Assembly: GCA_020137815.1 (NCBI GenBank)
Contig: CM035356.1
Span: 1-64,000, forward strand
DNA: 64,000 nt
DNA from: Hormiphora californensis
Lineage: Eukaryota; Animalia; Ctenophora
Direction of reading: 5' to 3'
Shown: positions 46,501 to 57,059 of the stretch, in pieces
How the letters are laid out: each line of letters begins with the position of its first letter
Numbering within the stretch: the stretch's first letter is position 1
Notes under the pieces: model-generated
Seen by the model: the letters and a program-made list of their open reading frames with translations, nothing else
What the model was told of the DNA's origin: nothing
Databases searched by the model: none
Translations under genes and position numbers: made by a program

Positions 46501-49500
46501 CGAAAATCGGCCATAAGACAATTTGGCCGACGGGAATGGTATTCCCGTATTCCTCTATTTGGGACACCGGGCATGTTCTTGATATCAACTTTTTATGGTC
46601 AGGGTCGTGTTCAGCGGTTTGATACCGATCAGAATGGATGTGTATCATGAAAGTTAGCCAAAGTTCATTTTTGACCTGAACATGTTCATTTTGGACCAAA
46701 AAAAGTTCATTTTTGACTAAAAATGTTCATTTTGGTCATTTTCTTCAATTTTGAGAGCTTTTTCATGAACGGGATCGTGTTCAGCAGGTCAAAATTAGTC
46801 GGTTACAACCGGAATTTGCTTTCTGACAAATAAAATCTCAAAAAGTTAAAATTCGTCTCCACTAATACTGCAAAGTAGGAAAATGTACAAGAAAAAAAGA
46901 TGAAAAAAAATAAATTTTTCATTATAAAATGGAGTTCTGAAGGTGCATACTGGAAATAATGGTTGTACTGGTTCTCATGAGGCGATTCATATGTGTGGTT
47001 TTTTCGAAATAACGCCCCAAAAAACATTTTTTGATATGAATATGCCCATATATGGGCATACATCGGCCCACGTAATTGGGCCAGGGTAGGACTAAAATTT
47101 TTTTACCAAATGTTTTAGAATGATCGTAGGAACTCATTCTAGGGGTAAACTTTGTGAAAATTGGATTTGATTTATGAGTTGGGAAAAATAGCACACCCTA
47201 GGACCCACTCCCCACAAACCACAGTAGTACAAATATTCTGTATGATGTTTTATGTTCAGATAGCGGTACCTGGGGGTTGTAAAATTTGCTTTTATTTGCC
47301 CTAAATTGGTAAAACAGGTTTAGAATCGAGGTTTTATTTTGTTTTCCCTGAGTTCTCCTAACCATTGATAGTTTTGAAGTAAGTTTCCCATTCCTCTACT
47401 GTTGGATATTCATAGCCGTCCTCTTTTATCTTAACTGTTAACACCACATTGCTACCCTGTGCCTTGAACTTTGTGTTGTTCATCTGTCTGCAAAGATCAA
47501 CGTTACTGCTTCATAAAGATTAACGTTTCATAATAATGTTTGTACTGTGTATCCATAGTGCCACGTTTCAAGATAAACTTTTCGTCTATCGTATTTATTA
47601 TTACATAATTTGTATTATTAATTATTATAAATCAAATTACTACGGTAGACGAAAAGTTTATGCATCTTGTCATTACCTAAAACTTTTCGTATATAATCCT
47701 ATTTCTTCGAATTTTTATGATATCTAAGAATTTTTTCTTTTATCTGATAGAATTTTTCCAAAACAGAGAATTCAGAGCGCTAGAAAGTGAAACTCTGTGA
47801 AAGCTGTCGGCTTTGTAACTTTGTAGGATCACATTGGAGGATCTGATTCCTCTATCCCAAGGATCAGATCACATTATTGGATCTGATCCCTCACCCCATG
47901 GATCACATTATTATATGGAAAGAGGGCCGGAGCGAGTAGAGAGAGAGCACGGGGACAGTAAATGAAGTTTTCTCTAGATTTTGAGAATTCTCGCTTGATG
48001 ACAAACATCAGATACATTATAACTGTGTATTATCCTTGAAATATTCCTTGAATTTATCCTTGAAAAATTTCAAATCGTTATCTATATTCTACAGCGATTT
48101 TTGATAATTCTCACAAAAACCATTTTACCCATTCTCAATTTGAGATTGAGTAAGTAAAACTACTCATACTCAAAATTTTGAAGGCTTACAAAAAATAAAC
48201 CACTTAATTTTTAAAATTCTCACTTTTTGTACAACTTACTTGGACTAAAGTCGAATTTTTAATAAAGTGAACCGCTTGCGTGCGAAATGGTTTTCTCACG
48301 CACCGTGGGAATGTATTTTCCCGGTTGTTTCGATCATATCTCTGGCTCCTGATAAGATAAAGACTTGATCCTGGTTGCGTTAGAAAGAGAAAAACTGTAT
48401 CTTTCCAATGCGACCAATGAAAAGTCTTTATCTTATCAGGAACAGGATTTAGCACGCGCAAAAACTTTCCGGGCACAGTGCGCTGAAAGTTTTTGCGCGC
48501 AAGCGGTTCACATTATCAAAAATCGGACTCTACATCTGTAACAAATTTCAGATTGATATCTCTAGCGGTTTTCGAGAATTTTTTTGAGAATGAGGGGCGA
48601 GCGTGAGTAAACCCTAAATTGAGCATGGGTTTAAAAAAATTAATTTTCTTAGGTTTAGTAGGTCTCATCCTTGATATTGAGAGTGTAGGTTGTAAACAGC
48701 AAAAACAAGATGAAATCTTTTTTGCTGTTTACAACCTACACTCTCAATATCAAGGATGAGACCTACTAAACCTAATTTCAATCCCATCCGCCACATCCCA
48801 ATCCACAAAATTAATTTTCCCTGCCCGGGCATTCACCCAGATGATCCTTTTAGCACGTGCTAAAAAGATCATTCACGGTTTAGAAATCAGTAGCATGGGG
48901 GGTTAACTAAATTTCCGTGACGCAGATACACCTAACAACAAGTCTGCTCCTTCATAAAACTTTCATTTCACGCTTCGTTCATACAACAAAGTAAATTATT
49001 AACACACATTGTGGCGCACAATTACTCGCTGATAGGACTTCCTACTTTCATGTCATGAAGTGGTAGCAAGTCTTCCTAGCATGAGACTACTGTAACAATT
49101 ACAAGTGACTCGAGTTAAGATGCGATTAAAGTTGAAGCACTTGGTAACCAACTAGGGACTCCTTTGCAACTGCCTTGGTTACCACAGCAACTGTCTTGGT
49201 AACCATAGCAACTATATTGGTTACCATAGCAACTGCTTTGGTTTCCATAGCAATTATCTTAGATACTTTATAGTAACTAACATCTCATATAAGCCAAAAA
49301 ATGCTCTTTGAGCACAGAATTCATCAAGAAATCCAGTTTTGAAGCTTATTCATCAATTTTACATCTATTTGTGGCAGGAAAACACCGCATTGTGAATACA
49401 TAATGCAATAATTCAACATAATGCAATAATTCTTGTTTAAATAATCAATTAACTAATTAACTTTAGAACTTCTCACGGGCTTTAGAACCAGCTAGCTGTA

Positions 49501-50371
49501 CTTGTGTGATTTATATACCTGATGACGTAGCTCATTATCTCTCTGTCTTGAAACTGTCCTTCAAATAGTAGGAATTCCAGTGCGGGACTCTTTTGCAGTC
49601 GAAGATGAGTAAATCGCTCTGGTTCAGCAAGCTTGTGCAGCTTTTCCATAACCTCCCAACTAAACAAAATCAACAATAAAAACTTAATATAATAACTTTT
49701 TTGAGTCAAAAATTTTTGAAACTGTTAAAATGTCAAGTAGGATGACAAAAAGTCGCGTTGGATAACAAAATGGTGCACGAGATTGTGACTGTGAGATTAG
49801 GGGAGAGAGTTTTTAACAGTGCTGGTGAGTCTGGGTTTAAAATTAAAATTATTATTTTTATTTTGCCATAGGTGTGTACTGTGTGCTGACCCTAACAATT
49901 GCAATGAGTTGATACGAGATACGGGACACAGTTCAGCGACCTAATCAGGACCTAATCTCGAATTGCAATGATTTGATAAATGATACGGCCTACCCTAAAT
50001 TCAGACCTACCCTAAATTCAGACCTATCCTAAATTCAGACCTACCTTAAATTCAGTTCTACCCTAAATTGATCTACCCTAATTTAAATTCTGTCGAAGTT
50101 CTACCGACCTGCCGGATTTATTGACTATTTAAACTTTAGCGGCAAAAAATTCTTTGCTTTTTATAGCTGGAGGGGTATATGAGACAAATTGTCACCCGCT
50201 GGGGTTTATATGTCAAACTCACCAACCCCTCGCTGTGTCTCACCTGTTAACATCAACAAGTGGCTCCCCGGTCTCACTTATCACCAAAATCCTAACTTTG
50301 GCATGGTCCCTGAGATACAGTCCTAAATGGTCTAACAGCTTCACGCAGTCTGGAAAACGAGCAATATCCAT
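31157..50371 (-). CDS. AKAP17A: AKAP17A/XE7/SFRS17A splicing factor; 9 exons, ~438 aa: 50371-50244, 49659-49519, 47487-47363, ~44348-44209, 40863-40762, 39846-39695, 34337-34094, 33180-33031, 31291-31157
   Basis: Phase-compatible GT-AG exons with family motifs GLYL, SWEVMEKL, FEG, YPTVEEWETYF, PGERSDTVIIKNLPTKWF, FNAYIQY..Y.SF..AM..LKG, and a K/E/R coiled coil ending REKELREKL. The exon 4 acceptor is uncertain. Confidence 0.9.
31590..32930 (+). repeat. Dispersed repeat family ending in the hairpins ATGCCTTTT/AAAAGGCAT and CCGGGTGAATGCC-TTCG-GCATTCACCGG (host of the Helitrons)
   Basis: Homologous copies at ~29325-29630, ~31020-31075, and reversed at ~34675-35040 and ~48820-49030. Confidence 0.65.
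31874..32854 (-). mobile_element. Two head-to-tail non-autonomous Helitrons (32854-32546 and 32545-31874)
   Basis: Each starts TCTCTATTATAA and ends with hairpin GCGCACCCA-A-TGGGTGCGC and CTAG. Inserted at A|T with no TSD; an empty host site is visible in the paralog at ~34705-34740. Confidence 0.88.
33031..33180 (-). CDS. AKAP17A: AKAP17A exon 8 (VAAQLLKGVLLKV...)
   Basis: TTTTCAG acceptor, GTATGT donor; 50 open codons. Confidence 0.82.
34094..34337 (-). CDS. AKAP17A: AKAP17A exon 7 (charged coiled coil)
   Basis: TTCAG acceptor, GTTCGT donor; K/E/R-rich. Confidence 0.82.
35786..36816 (+). mobile_element. Helentron-like element, subfamily B; truncates a subfamily D-like copy at 35483-35785
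   Basis: IR 35786-35989 contains AAAGGTTGCC; the other end reads GGCAACCTTT-GCGCTTGCCAGCGCA-GTGA. Confidence 0.78.
36817..38001 (-). mobile_element. Helentron-like element, subfamily A
   Basis: TCACTGTGCTGGCAAGCGCA-AAGGTGACC at one end; terminal IR with AAAGGTGACC around a GA microsatellite at the other. Confidence 0.78.
38187..39642 (-). mobile_element. Helentron-like element, subfamily D
   Basis: Same end architecture; closely similar to 40902-42258. Confidence 0.78.
39695..39846 (-). CDS. AKAP17A: AKAP17A exon 6 (YQNYASFKAAMGGLKGKQLM...)
   Basis: TTTAG acceptor, GTTAGT donor. Confidence 0.88.
40762..40863 (-). CDS. AKAP17A: AKAP17A exon 5 (VDYED...FNAYIQ)
   Basis: TTCAG acceptor, GTAAAG donor; FxAYxQ motif. 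Confidence 0.88.
40902..42258 (-). mobile_element. Helentron-like element, subfamily D
   Basis: Hairpin end at 40902; IR ~41849-42258 enclosing (GA)n. Confidence 0.78.
42267..44164 (+). mobile_element. Helentron-like subfamily B element with a complete subfamily A element (42417-43634, opposite strand) nested in its IR arm
   Basis: The host arm CTCAAATAG|TAGGGCAACC is restored exactly when the insert is removed; no TSD. Confidence 0.82.
44008..44074 (-). mobile_element. tRNA-derived SINE head
   Basis: A-box-like TAACTCAATAGGTAGAGC and B-box GGTTCGAGCCC; no intact acceptor stem. Confidence 0.6.
44209..44348 (-). CDS. AKAP17A: AKAP17A exon 4 (PGERSDTVIIKNLPTKWF...FGQIRK); 5' boundary uncertain
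   Basis: Conserved PGERxDT...LPxKWF motif, donor GTAAGA; only weak AAG/GAG acceptors are available. Confidence 0.8.
45569..47201. mobile_element. hAT-like non-autonomous element with 8-bp TSD
   Basis: TIR CTAGGGTGTGCTA; flanks GACCCAGT / GACCCACT; internal repeated motif CGCTGAATCACGTGAGCTACTT. Confidence 0.7.
47363..47487 (-). CDS. AKAP17A: AKAP17A exon 3 (QMNNTKFK...YPTVEEWETYFKTIN)
   Basis: TTTGCAG acceptor, GTTAGG donor. Confidence 0.88.
48246..48532. mobile_element. MITE with TAAAGTCGAATTTT termini (relative at 18427-18604)
   Basis: Imperfect inverted termini of ~40 bp. Confidence 0.6.
48649..48775. repeat. Perfect hairpin with a ~57-bp stem
   Basis: TTAGGTTTAGTAGG...CAGCAAAAA paired with TTTTTGCTG...CCTACTAAACCTAA. 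Confidence 0.9.
49519..49659 (-). CDS. AKAP17A: AKAP17A exon 2 (WEVMEKL...FEGQF...)
   Basis: TTTAG acceptor, GTATAT donor; WEVME motif. Confidence 0.9.
50244..50371 (-). CDS. AKAP17A: AKAP17A exon 1 (MDIARFPDC...GLYLRDHAKV...)
   Basis: ATG at 50371 with an in-frame TGA upstream; donor GTGAGA. Confidence 0.8.
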
Positions 50372-50558
50372 CACCAAATTAAATGTCTCTTCTACTACAT
50401 ACGGTAACTGGTCTCACGTTGTTCTTTGTTACAGGGTGTCATCATCTAGTTGTATTGAATGGTTGTTAATAGGACCCCGATTTACCGGGATGCTCGGAGG
50501 AAGGGTTTTGCCCGGTGTATTGGGGTCAAACTGGGTCCAACTGGGTCCAACTGTATAT

Positions 50559-51689
50559 GGTCTTGTTTTTTTTTAACTGGTCGTCTCCTCGACTGAAAAT
50601 TTGATAAATTTTGGAAAAAGGAGTATTTAGGTAAGAAATATTTTTTCAAAATTGCTAAAAATCAAAATTATGATGTAAAAGTGTCTTGAGAGTAATTTAA
50701 GCTTGTGTTTTTAAAACTTTACTCATGTTGTGCGGTGCATATGACCACGTTTGCTAAAACTGGTACAAAATCTTCAGGACAAATAATAAAACTGCAATTT
50801 TTGAGTAAAATTGCAGATAATTGGTCTATAAATCTTGCCTACAGCGATGAGTAAGCATGTGACTCATCTAGTGCGGTGCAATTGGCACTCAAAGTAGCAG
50901 CATTTTTAAATCGAGGTTTTATAGTATCAAATGGACTTAATTATTCCCCAAATGTTGACTAATACGTTCCTCATTTGTAAAGGAACAATTAGTGCTGAAA
51001 AAATATCAAAAAATTTACTCATTTGGTGCGGTGACACGGAAAATATCAAGTTCTATTAAAATGCCCATGCACCGCACCAAATGAGTAAATGATTCCAATT
51101 TTGATCAGAAACAGTTGATATAGACACTAGCTACACCACTAGCTAGTTTTCAGACGTATTTACTCATTAATTGCGGTGCAGTTGACAAGTCGCAATATGC
51201 AACCACTTTTGAAGCCTCTGCACCGCACCCCATGAGTAAACTTTAGTGTTGATTTTAGGTTCATAGTATCAAGAAATGTCGATAGAAAAGGTGTGCAAGA
51301 AACCGTAATGCTATTTGCTCATTTTACCCTTCAAGAGTAAGAAAAAAGCAGAAATTTAGGCCTGCACCGCACTAAAAGAGTAAAATGTTTATCGATGTTA
51401 GTTTTGTTGATTGGGAAAAAATTATGGTCATCGATTCCTGAAATTTCAACTTATAAGAGGCATCAGGAGGTAAATTAGAGGTCAGCACCGCACAAGAGCA
51501 CCGCACGTCGTATTTTCATTAATAGCACCGCTCAGGAGTAAGATAGAGGTCTGGTTTTTTCGCTAAAAGGAAATTTGAACACCGCACCATCTGAGTATAT
51601 GAAAATCAACTCCCGGCTGTTATGTTAATGTATCGGAATCTTTGATTGAAAAATTTTGGTCGGACGACCAGTTAAAAAAAAACAAGACC
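50559..51689. mobile_element. Non-autonomous DNA transposon with ATAT TSD (Sola-like)
   Basis: TIR GGTCTTGTTTTTTTTAACTGGTCGTC; ATAT at 50555 and 51690. Confidence 0.75.
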
Positions 51690-51693
51690 ATAT

Positions 51694-52977
51694 GGTCATG
51701 ATCATAAAGTCGGGACACTTTTACAATGTTTAAAAAAATGTGGATTTTGAGTTTTAAATTTGGTTTTTTCACCTGGCTGAGTAATCTGATCCACCAAAAA
51801 TTGTCACTAGATAAAAATTGTGAAAACTAGAATTTTAAAGCTTAATTATGCTTTGTTTTATAAGGCTTTAAAGTATGTGGATCAGAAACGTGTGGATCAG
51901 CATACTCAACCGAGTTAAGTTGATGGTACGTCCTTGAAACTTTGTGGGATGATAGATGGTATAGTAACAAATTGATTGGCATGGGTAAATATACGAAATA
52001 TACTCAACCAATGTGGATTTTTTTCAATTTTCTCATAAAATGCGACTCAACCGGAAGTTTATGACGAAGTTTCGGGTCCCGATTGTTCTCAAAAGTTTCG
52101 TAAATCGATCCGACATTAGACTATATCCAAATTTTTGTCAAGCAATGACTCAACTCTTGTGGATCATCACTTTTGTAACTGTTGCTCGAAGTCAGTATAT
52201 ACTAAACCATTCTTGGCAGTCTAACTTCTAGGCAATATTTGTGGATCATATGGGAAATCTATGCATCAAAACAGTGTGTACTATCTGGGAACTACATACC
52301 AAAACATAATGTTGGGCGGAATAATAGATTCTGACTCAACCATTGTGGATCAAAAGTGAAATTTCTCAGAAAAAAATTGATCCACATGGAATGAGTTTTC
52401 TATTTGAGTTATAAAAAGGTCTAGTAGCCATTGCCATCAATACAAGTGATTAAAATTCCATTTTTAGCTGAAAAGTTTTCAAAGTGAGGTTTTAAAACGG
52501 TGATCCACACCGGTTGAGTCGTCCTATTCTTCCACCTTTGCCAAATATGGAAACTTTAGACATTTTCCAAAAAGATACGCCCTGAATTACTTGTCTATGA
52601 GAATTCTATAGACCCTTTTTCGCTTCCCAAAGTTCAAGGGTCTCCAGATCCACATAGGTTGAGTAATTAACAACTCAACCAACCCTAATATAAGCTAGTC
52701 ATGACGATTATCTATAATACTCGTTGGACTAAAACTAAAATGGTGGTAACTATGGTTCCGCATTTTAATATTTACAACTGTTGTCCTGAGATCCACTTCG
52801 GTTGAGTAATCGTATTTTTTATTATCAAATATTGTACTTTGTTCATATTTTTATCTGCTCCCAAATTTTTGAGTTGTTTGGATGAATAAAAGTACCATAA
52901 TTATTAGTTTTAAAAAATTTGGTCGATATTTTTAAACTTTGAAATTTCAAAAATGTCCCGACTTTATGATCATGACC
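51694..52977. mobile_element. Second ATAT-TSD DNA transposon, abutting the first
   Basis: TIR GGTCATGATCATAAAGTCGGGACA; ATAT at 51690 and 52978. Confidence 0.75.
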
Positions 52978-53271
52978 ATATAACGCCCACTGCGCATTTT
53001 TTGGAGAATTAACACCCACGCAGTAGCAGGCTGATATGGCCGCTAAGACTTCATCCTTAGGTATAGGAGTGGTAGATGCTGGCTGGTGAGAGCGCTGGTC
53101 CAGATCGAGTATGGTGTAGTCGGGCGCCACTGCTGGTCCTGCTGGCGAGGAAGACTAGATGGAAGACTAGATGGTGCACAGTGGGTAATTATGCCGCTTG
53201 ATGGTCGTATAGCAAATATAGGAAAATATACTGTGAAATTGGCCTGTTTAGAAAATCTGGAATAGAAACAA

Positions 53272-56200
53272 GCATGGTAGATGCTGGCTGGTGAGAGCGC
53301 TGGTCCAGATCGAGTATGGTGTAGTCGGGCGCCACTGCTGGTCCTGCTGGCGAGGAAGACTAGATGGAAGACTAGATGGTGCACAGTGGGTAATTATGCC
53401 GCTTGATGGTCGTATAGCAAATATAGGAAAATATACTGTGAAATTGGCCTGTTTAGAAAATCTGGTGGCGGTGGCGGTCTTTTCTGTCCACTAGAAAGGG
53501 CTCTGAGCCCCGGACACCATTTTGTACAACTTGGCAAAGGGGTTCATCCCAGGGTATACGATGTGAAGCCTACAACCTCTCGTATTCCAAGAACCGTGGT
53601 GCGTGATGAAGAATCACATCCCTCACAAGGTGCCACTGTTAATCGCTATTCTGTCCTGGGTGATACCAGACTAAACAGATAAGCGAAACGGAACACCACG
53701 GTACTAAACCAGTAAAGGTTGAAAAACAATCCGTTTCGGGAGCTTAGCAAACTCCCGTACCGTATCGGCCTGCTTACTCCTGTCTCTCCTGGAACGTTAT
53801 CACGGTTGGTTTCTGGCGAGAGAGGCCGATTTATCTTTTGGGGTTGGATCAGTTCCTGCGGTTTCCGGTGATGGACCAGTGGCGCGGCATCATCGGTTAT
53901 GGAGGGTGCTATTAATGCCTACCTGAGAGGGGGGACCCTCTCTGTACCCTCTTAGCCATCTGAAAAGTATTCAATGAAGTCCACCAATAGCACCAGGGTT
54001 AAAGCCCCTGATATTCTTGCAGAGGCCAATGGCGCCCTTGAAGTGGTAGGCTTAAAGCCTGCGGGAGGGCCTGCTACAGATGGCTGGAGGCCCGAGCCGG
54101 AACCAGAAAACCCCTTAAAAAGTACAAAAAAATCTAGGATTTTAGGGTGTAATAGTGAGACGGTTTTTGGCACCCTAAATGTGAGGACCATACGCGAGGC
54201 TTATCGTAGAGATGTCATGGAGAGTGAGTTTGTGAGGAGCGGCCTGAGTATCCTGGGGGTGCAGGAGCACCGGATTTGTCACTCTGAGAGGGTCTGTGTG
54301 CAGAGAGGGAGAGGTTTCTCGTTTATTTCTTCATCAGCCTGGAGGTCTGGATCAGGGGCATCTTGCGGGGGTGTAGGAGTGTATGTAAATCAAGATGCGT
54401 ACTCGGCAGTGAAAATGGTGAAGTCATACACTAACCGAATACTACTTGTGAGCTTCACTGGCAACCCTGCTCTCACTGTCATTTGTGTGTACGCCCCTAC
54501 TGAGGGGAGTGATCCAGCGGAGGCAGAGAGTTTCCATGAGGCCCTGAGGGGAGCTATCCATGAGGTTCCAGCACAGGATGTTCTGGTTGTGTTAGGGGAC
54601 CTAAACGCCCATCTGTCTAGGGAATCGCCGGACGATGGGGGTTGGTATTTTCATTCAACGTCGAATAGGAACGGGGCGCTGCTCCGTGATACTATGTTAG
54701 AATGTAATCTGGTGGCAGGTAATCATCGTTTCCAGAAAAAGCTGGCTAAGCTTCATACTTTCACCAGTGAGGGCACACTCTGCCAAAGTCAAATTGATTA
54801 TATTCTGGTTCGACGGAAGTGGAAGAACTCTTTGCGTAACGTAGAGGTAGTGGACACGTTTGGTAGTGTAGGGTCTGATCATAGAGCAGTTCTCGGTTTC
54901 CTTCGCCTCAGTCTACGGAAGACTAAACGTGCTAAAGGACAGATCAAGTTCGATTATACTTGTCTCAGAGAGGAGCCTGACCTGTGTGAGAGGTACAAAG
55001 TGGAGGTGAGGAATAGGTATGATGTGTTGAGAACAGATGTGGAGGATGCTTCTGGAAGGTATGGGGCATTTGTGTCGGCTGTTGGTGAAACCAATAAGCT
55101 CCTACTGCCACGGAAGCGCAGACGTGCTACCGATAGCGCTATGAGTGACCTGAGAGTTCGTAGTGTAAGAGACGAGTTGTTCGAAGCTAAGAAAGCTTTG
55201 TTTCTCCATCCCACTGAGAATAATAGAGTCGAGGTTAGCGAGAGGAGAGAACTCTTAAAGGAAACGCATGCCTCAGTCACTGAAGAACTTATCTCTCAGA
55301 AGATTCGTCGGGTAGAAACTGCTAATGATGAGAGAAAAAATAAGGTGGCGTGGGACCTCATTAGAGATGTTACTGGGGACTCTAAAGGAAATGGTGGTGG
55401 CCTGGTAGAAGGTGGTAGTGCTGAGGGGAGGCTGGAGTCTTGGAGGAAACACTTTTCTGGGATACTCGGTGAACCGCCTAGTGTTCCTGATGAGGACCTT
55501 GTCATTAATACAGTATGTGAGGAGCTACCTATATTTACAGATACGTTCAGTCAGGATGAGTATACCGCAGCTAAGAGGTCCATTAAGGAGGGGAAGGCGC
55601 CTGGAGATGATGGTCTAGCACCTGAGGTCCTGAAACGGGGAGGTGTCGATGACATTGTATTAGAGTTCTTCAACGATGCACTGGAATATGGTAGTTTCCC
55701 TGAACAATGGAAGAGCCTTCTTATAGTTCCAGTTCCTAAAAAGGGGGACCTCACTAAAACTAGTAACTATAGGGGAATCTCTCTGACCTCCGCTGCTCTA
55801 AAAACTCTCAATAAGATGATCCTCAACCGCCTACTACCCCATATTGAGCCTATTTTGAGGGATAACCAGAATGGATTCCGACCAGGGAGGTCTACTACCA
55901 GTCACATTCTGGCCCTCCGGCGGTTGTTGGAAGGGGTAACAGAAAGGAAATTAACTTCTGTTATCCTATTTATAGACTTTCGGCGTGCGTTTGATTCTTT
56001 GCACAGGGGTATTCTTATGCGCATTCTGAGAGCTTACGGTATTCCTGACAAATTAGTTCGGCTTATAGAATGTTCGTATGAGGACACCATGGCCCGGGTT
56101 AAAACGGAGGACGGACTCACGGAGGCTATATTAATTCTGGCTGGCGTTTTACAGGGGGACACCTTGGCTCCATATTTGTTTATTATAGCTATTGACTATG

Positions 56201-57059
56201 TCATGAGAGAGGCTCTGGCTGGTAGGGACGTTGGATTTACCCTCAGGAAGAGGAAGAGTAGGCGTTATCCTGAAGTGAAGATCACAGACACCGATTACGC
56301 TGATGACCTGTCACTCCTTTCGGACACAATCGAACAGGCACAGGAATTCTTAGAAAGTCTGGAAACGGCAGCGGCTGCAGTTGGTCTTCACCTGAATGAA
56401 GGGAAGACTAAGTTTATGGCTACTGGTATAGAGGAACCTTCCCTCGTTAGCTCTACGGGAAACTATCTAGAACAAGTGGACGATTTCGTTTACCTTGGTG
56501 CCCACCTTAAATCGACGGAGATGGATTTTAACATTAGGAAGGCTAAGGCCTGGGCAGCCTGTCATAGACTCAAAGGAATATGGAAAACTGACCTGAGAAG
56601 GAGCATTAAGGTAAACCTGTTCCGTACTACAGTAGAGGCCATTCTATTGTACGGCGCTGAAACGTGGACCCTTACATCTACTATGGAGAAACAATTGGAT
56701 GGCTGTTATAGTAGGATGCTACGAATGGCGCTTGGCATCAACTGGTGGGATAGGGTCTCTAATGAGGAAGTCTTCCAGAATGTCCCCAGAGTTTCTGAGA
56801 CTGTGATGACTCGTAGACTTAGGCTGGCTGGACATGTTCACAGACACGAGGAGCTAACAGCTCACCAACTGCTGTTTTGGGAACCTGATAGGGGCTCTAG
56901 AAGCCGGGGTAGACCCAAGAAAACCTATATTAACCAGCTCAGGGAGGATACTGGCTTATCTAATGATGGCGATATCAAGAGGCTAATGGAAGATCGTGTG
57001 CTGTGGCGGACCGAACTGACTGCTCGGACAATGAAGCCGCCTTAAGTCAAGTAAGTCAA
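53272..57059 (+). mobile_element. Full-length, recently inserted RTE LINE
   Basis: 12-bp TSD GAATAGAAACAA at 53260-53271 and 57060-57071; 3' tail (TAAGTCAAG)2; element-specific 5' UTR from ~53466. Confidence 0.92.
53974..57045 (+). CDS. RTE-clade LINE single ORF: APE endonuclease + reverse transcriptase (intact)
   Basis: 1023 aa with APE motifs (GVQE, VYAPT, GDLNA, IDYI, SDH) and RT motifs (QNGFR, DFRRAFD, GVLQGD, YADD); C-terminal LYGAETW...RLRLAGHV...RGRP typical of RTE. Confidence 0.96.
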   Translation: MKSTNSTRVKAPDILAEANGALEVVGLKPAGGPATDGWRPEPEPENPLKSTKKSRILGCNSETVFGTLNVRTIREAYRRDVMESEFVRSGLSILGVQEHRICHSERVCVQRGRGFSFISSSAWRSGSGASCGGVGVYVNQDAYSAVKMVKSYTNRILLVSFTGNPALTVICVYAPTEGSDPAEAESFHEALRGAIHEVPAQDVLVVLGDLNAHLSRESPDDGGWYFHSTSNRNGALLRDTMLECNLVAGNHRFQKKLAKLHTFTSEGTLCQSQIDYILVRRKWKNSLRNVEVVDTFGSVGSDHRAVLGFLRLSLRKTKRAKGQIKFDYTCLREEPDLCERYKVEVRNRYDVLRTDVEDASGRYGAFVSAVGETNKLLLPRKRRRATDSAMSDLRVRSVRDELFEAKKALFLHPTENNRVEVSERRELLKETHASVTEELISQKIRRVETANDERKNKVAWDLIRDVTGDSKGNGGGLVEGGSAEGRLESWRKHFSGILGEPPSVPDEDLVINTVCEELPIFTDTFSQDEYTAAKRSIKEGKAPGDDGLAPEVLKRGGVDDIVLEFFNDALEYGSFPEQWKSLLIVPVPKKGDLTKTSNYRGISLTSAALKTLNKMILNRLLPHIEPILRDNQNGFRPGRSTTSHILALRRLLEGVTERKLTSVILFIDFRRAFDSLHRGILMRILRAYGIPDKLVRLIECSYEDTMARVKTEDGLTEAILILAGVLQGDTLAPYLFIIAIDYVMREALAGRDVGFTLRKRKSRRYPEVKITDTDYADDLSLLSDTIEQAQEFLESLETAAAAVGLHLNEGKTKFMATGIEEPSLVSSTGNYLEQVDDFVYLGAHLKSTEMDFNIRKAKAWAACHRLKGIWKTDLRRSIKVNLFRTTVEAILLYGAETWTLTSTMEKQLDGCYSRMLRMALGINWWDRVSNEEVFQNVPRVSETVMTRRLRLAGHVHRHEELTAHQLLFWEPDRGSRSRGRPKKTYINQLREDTGLSNDGDIKRLMEDRVLWRTELTARTMKPP

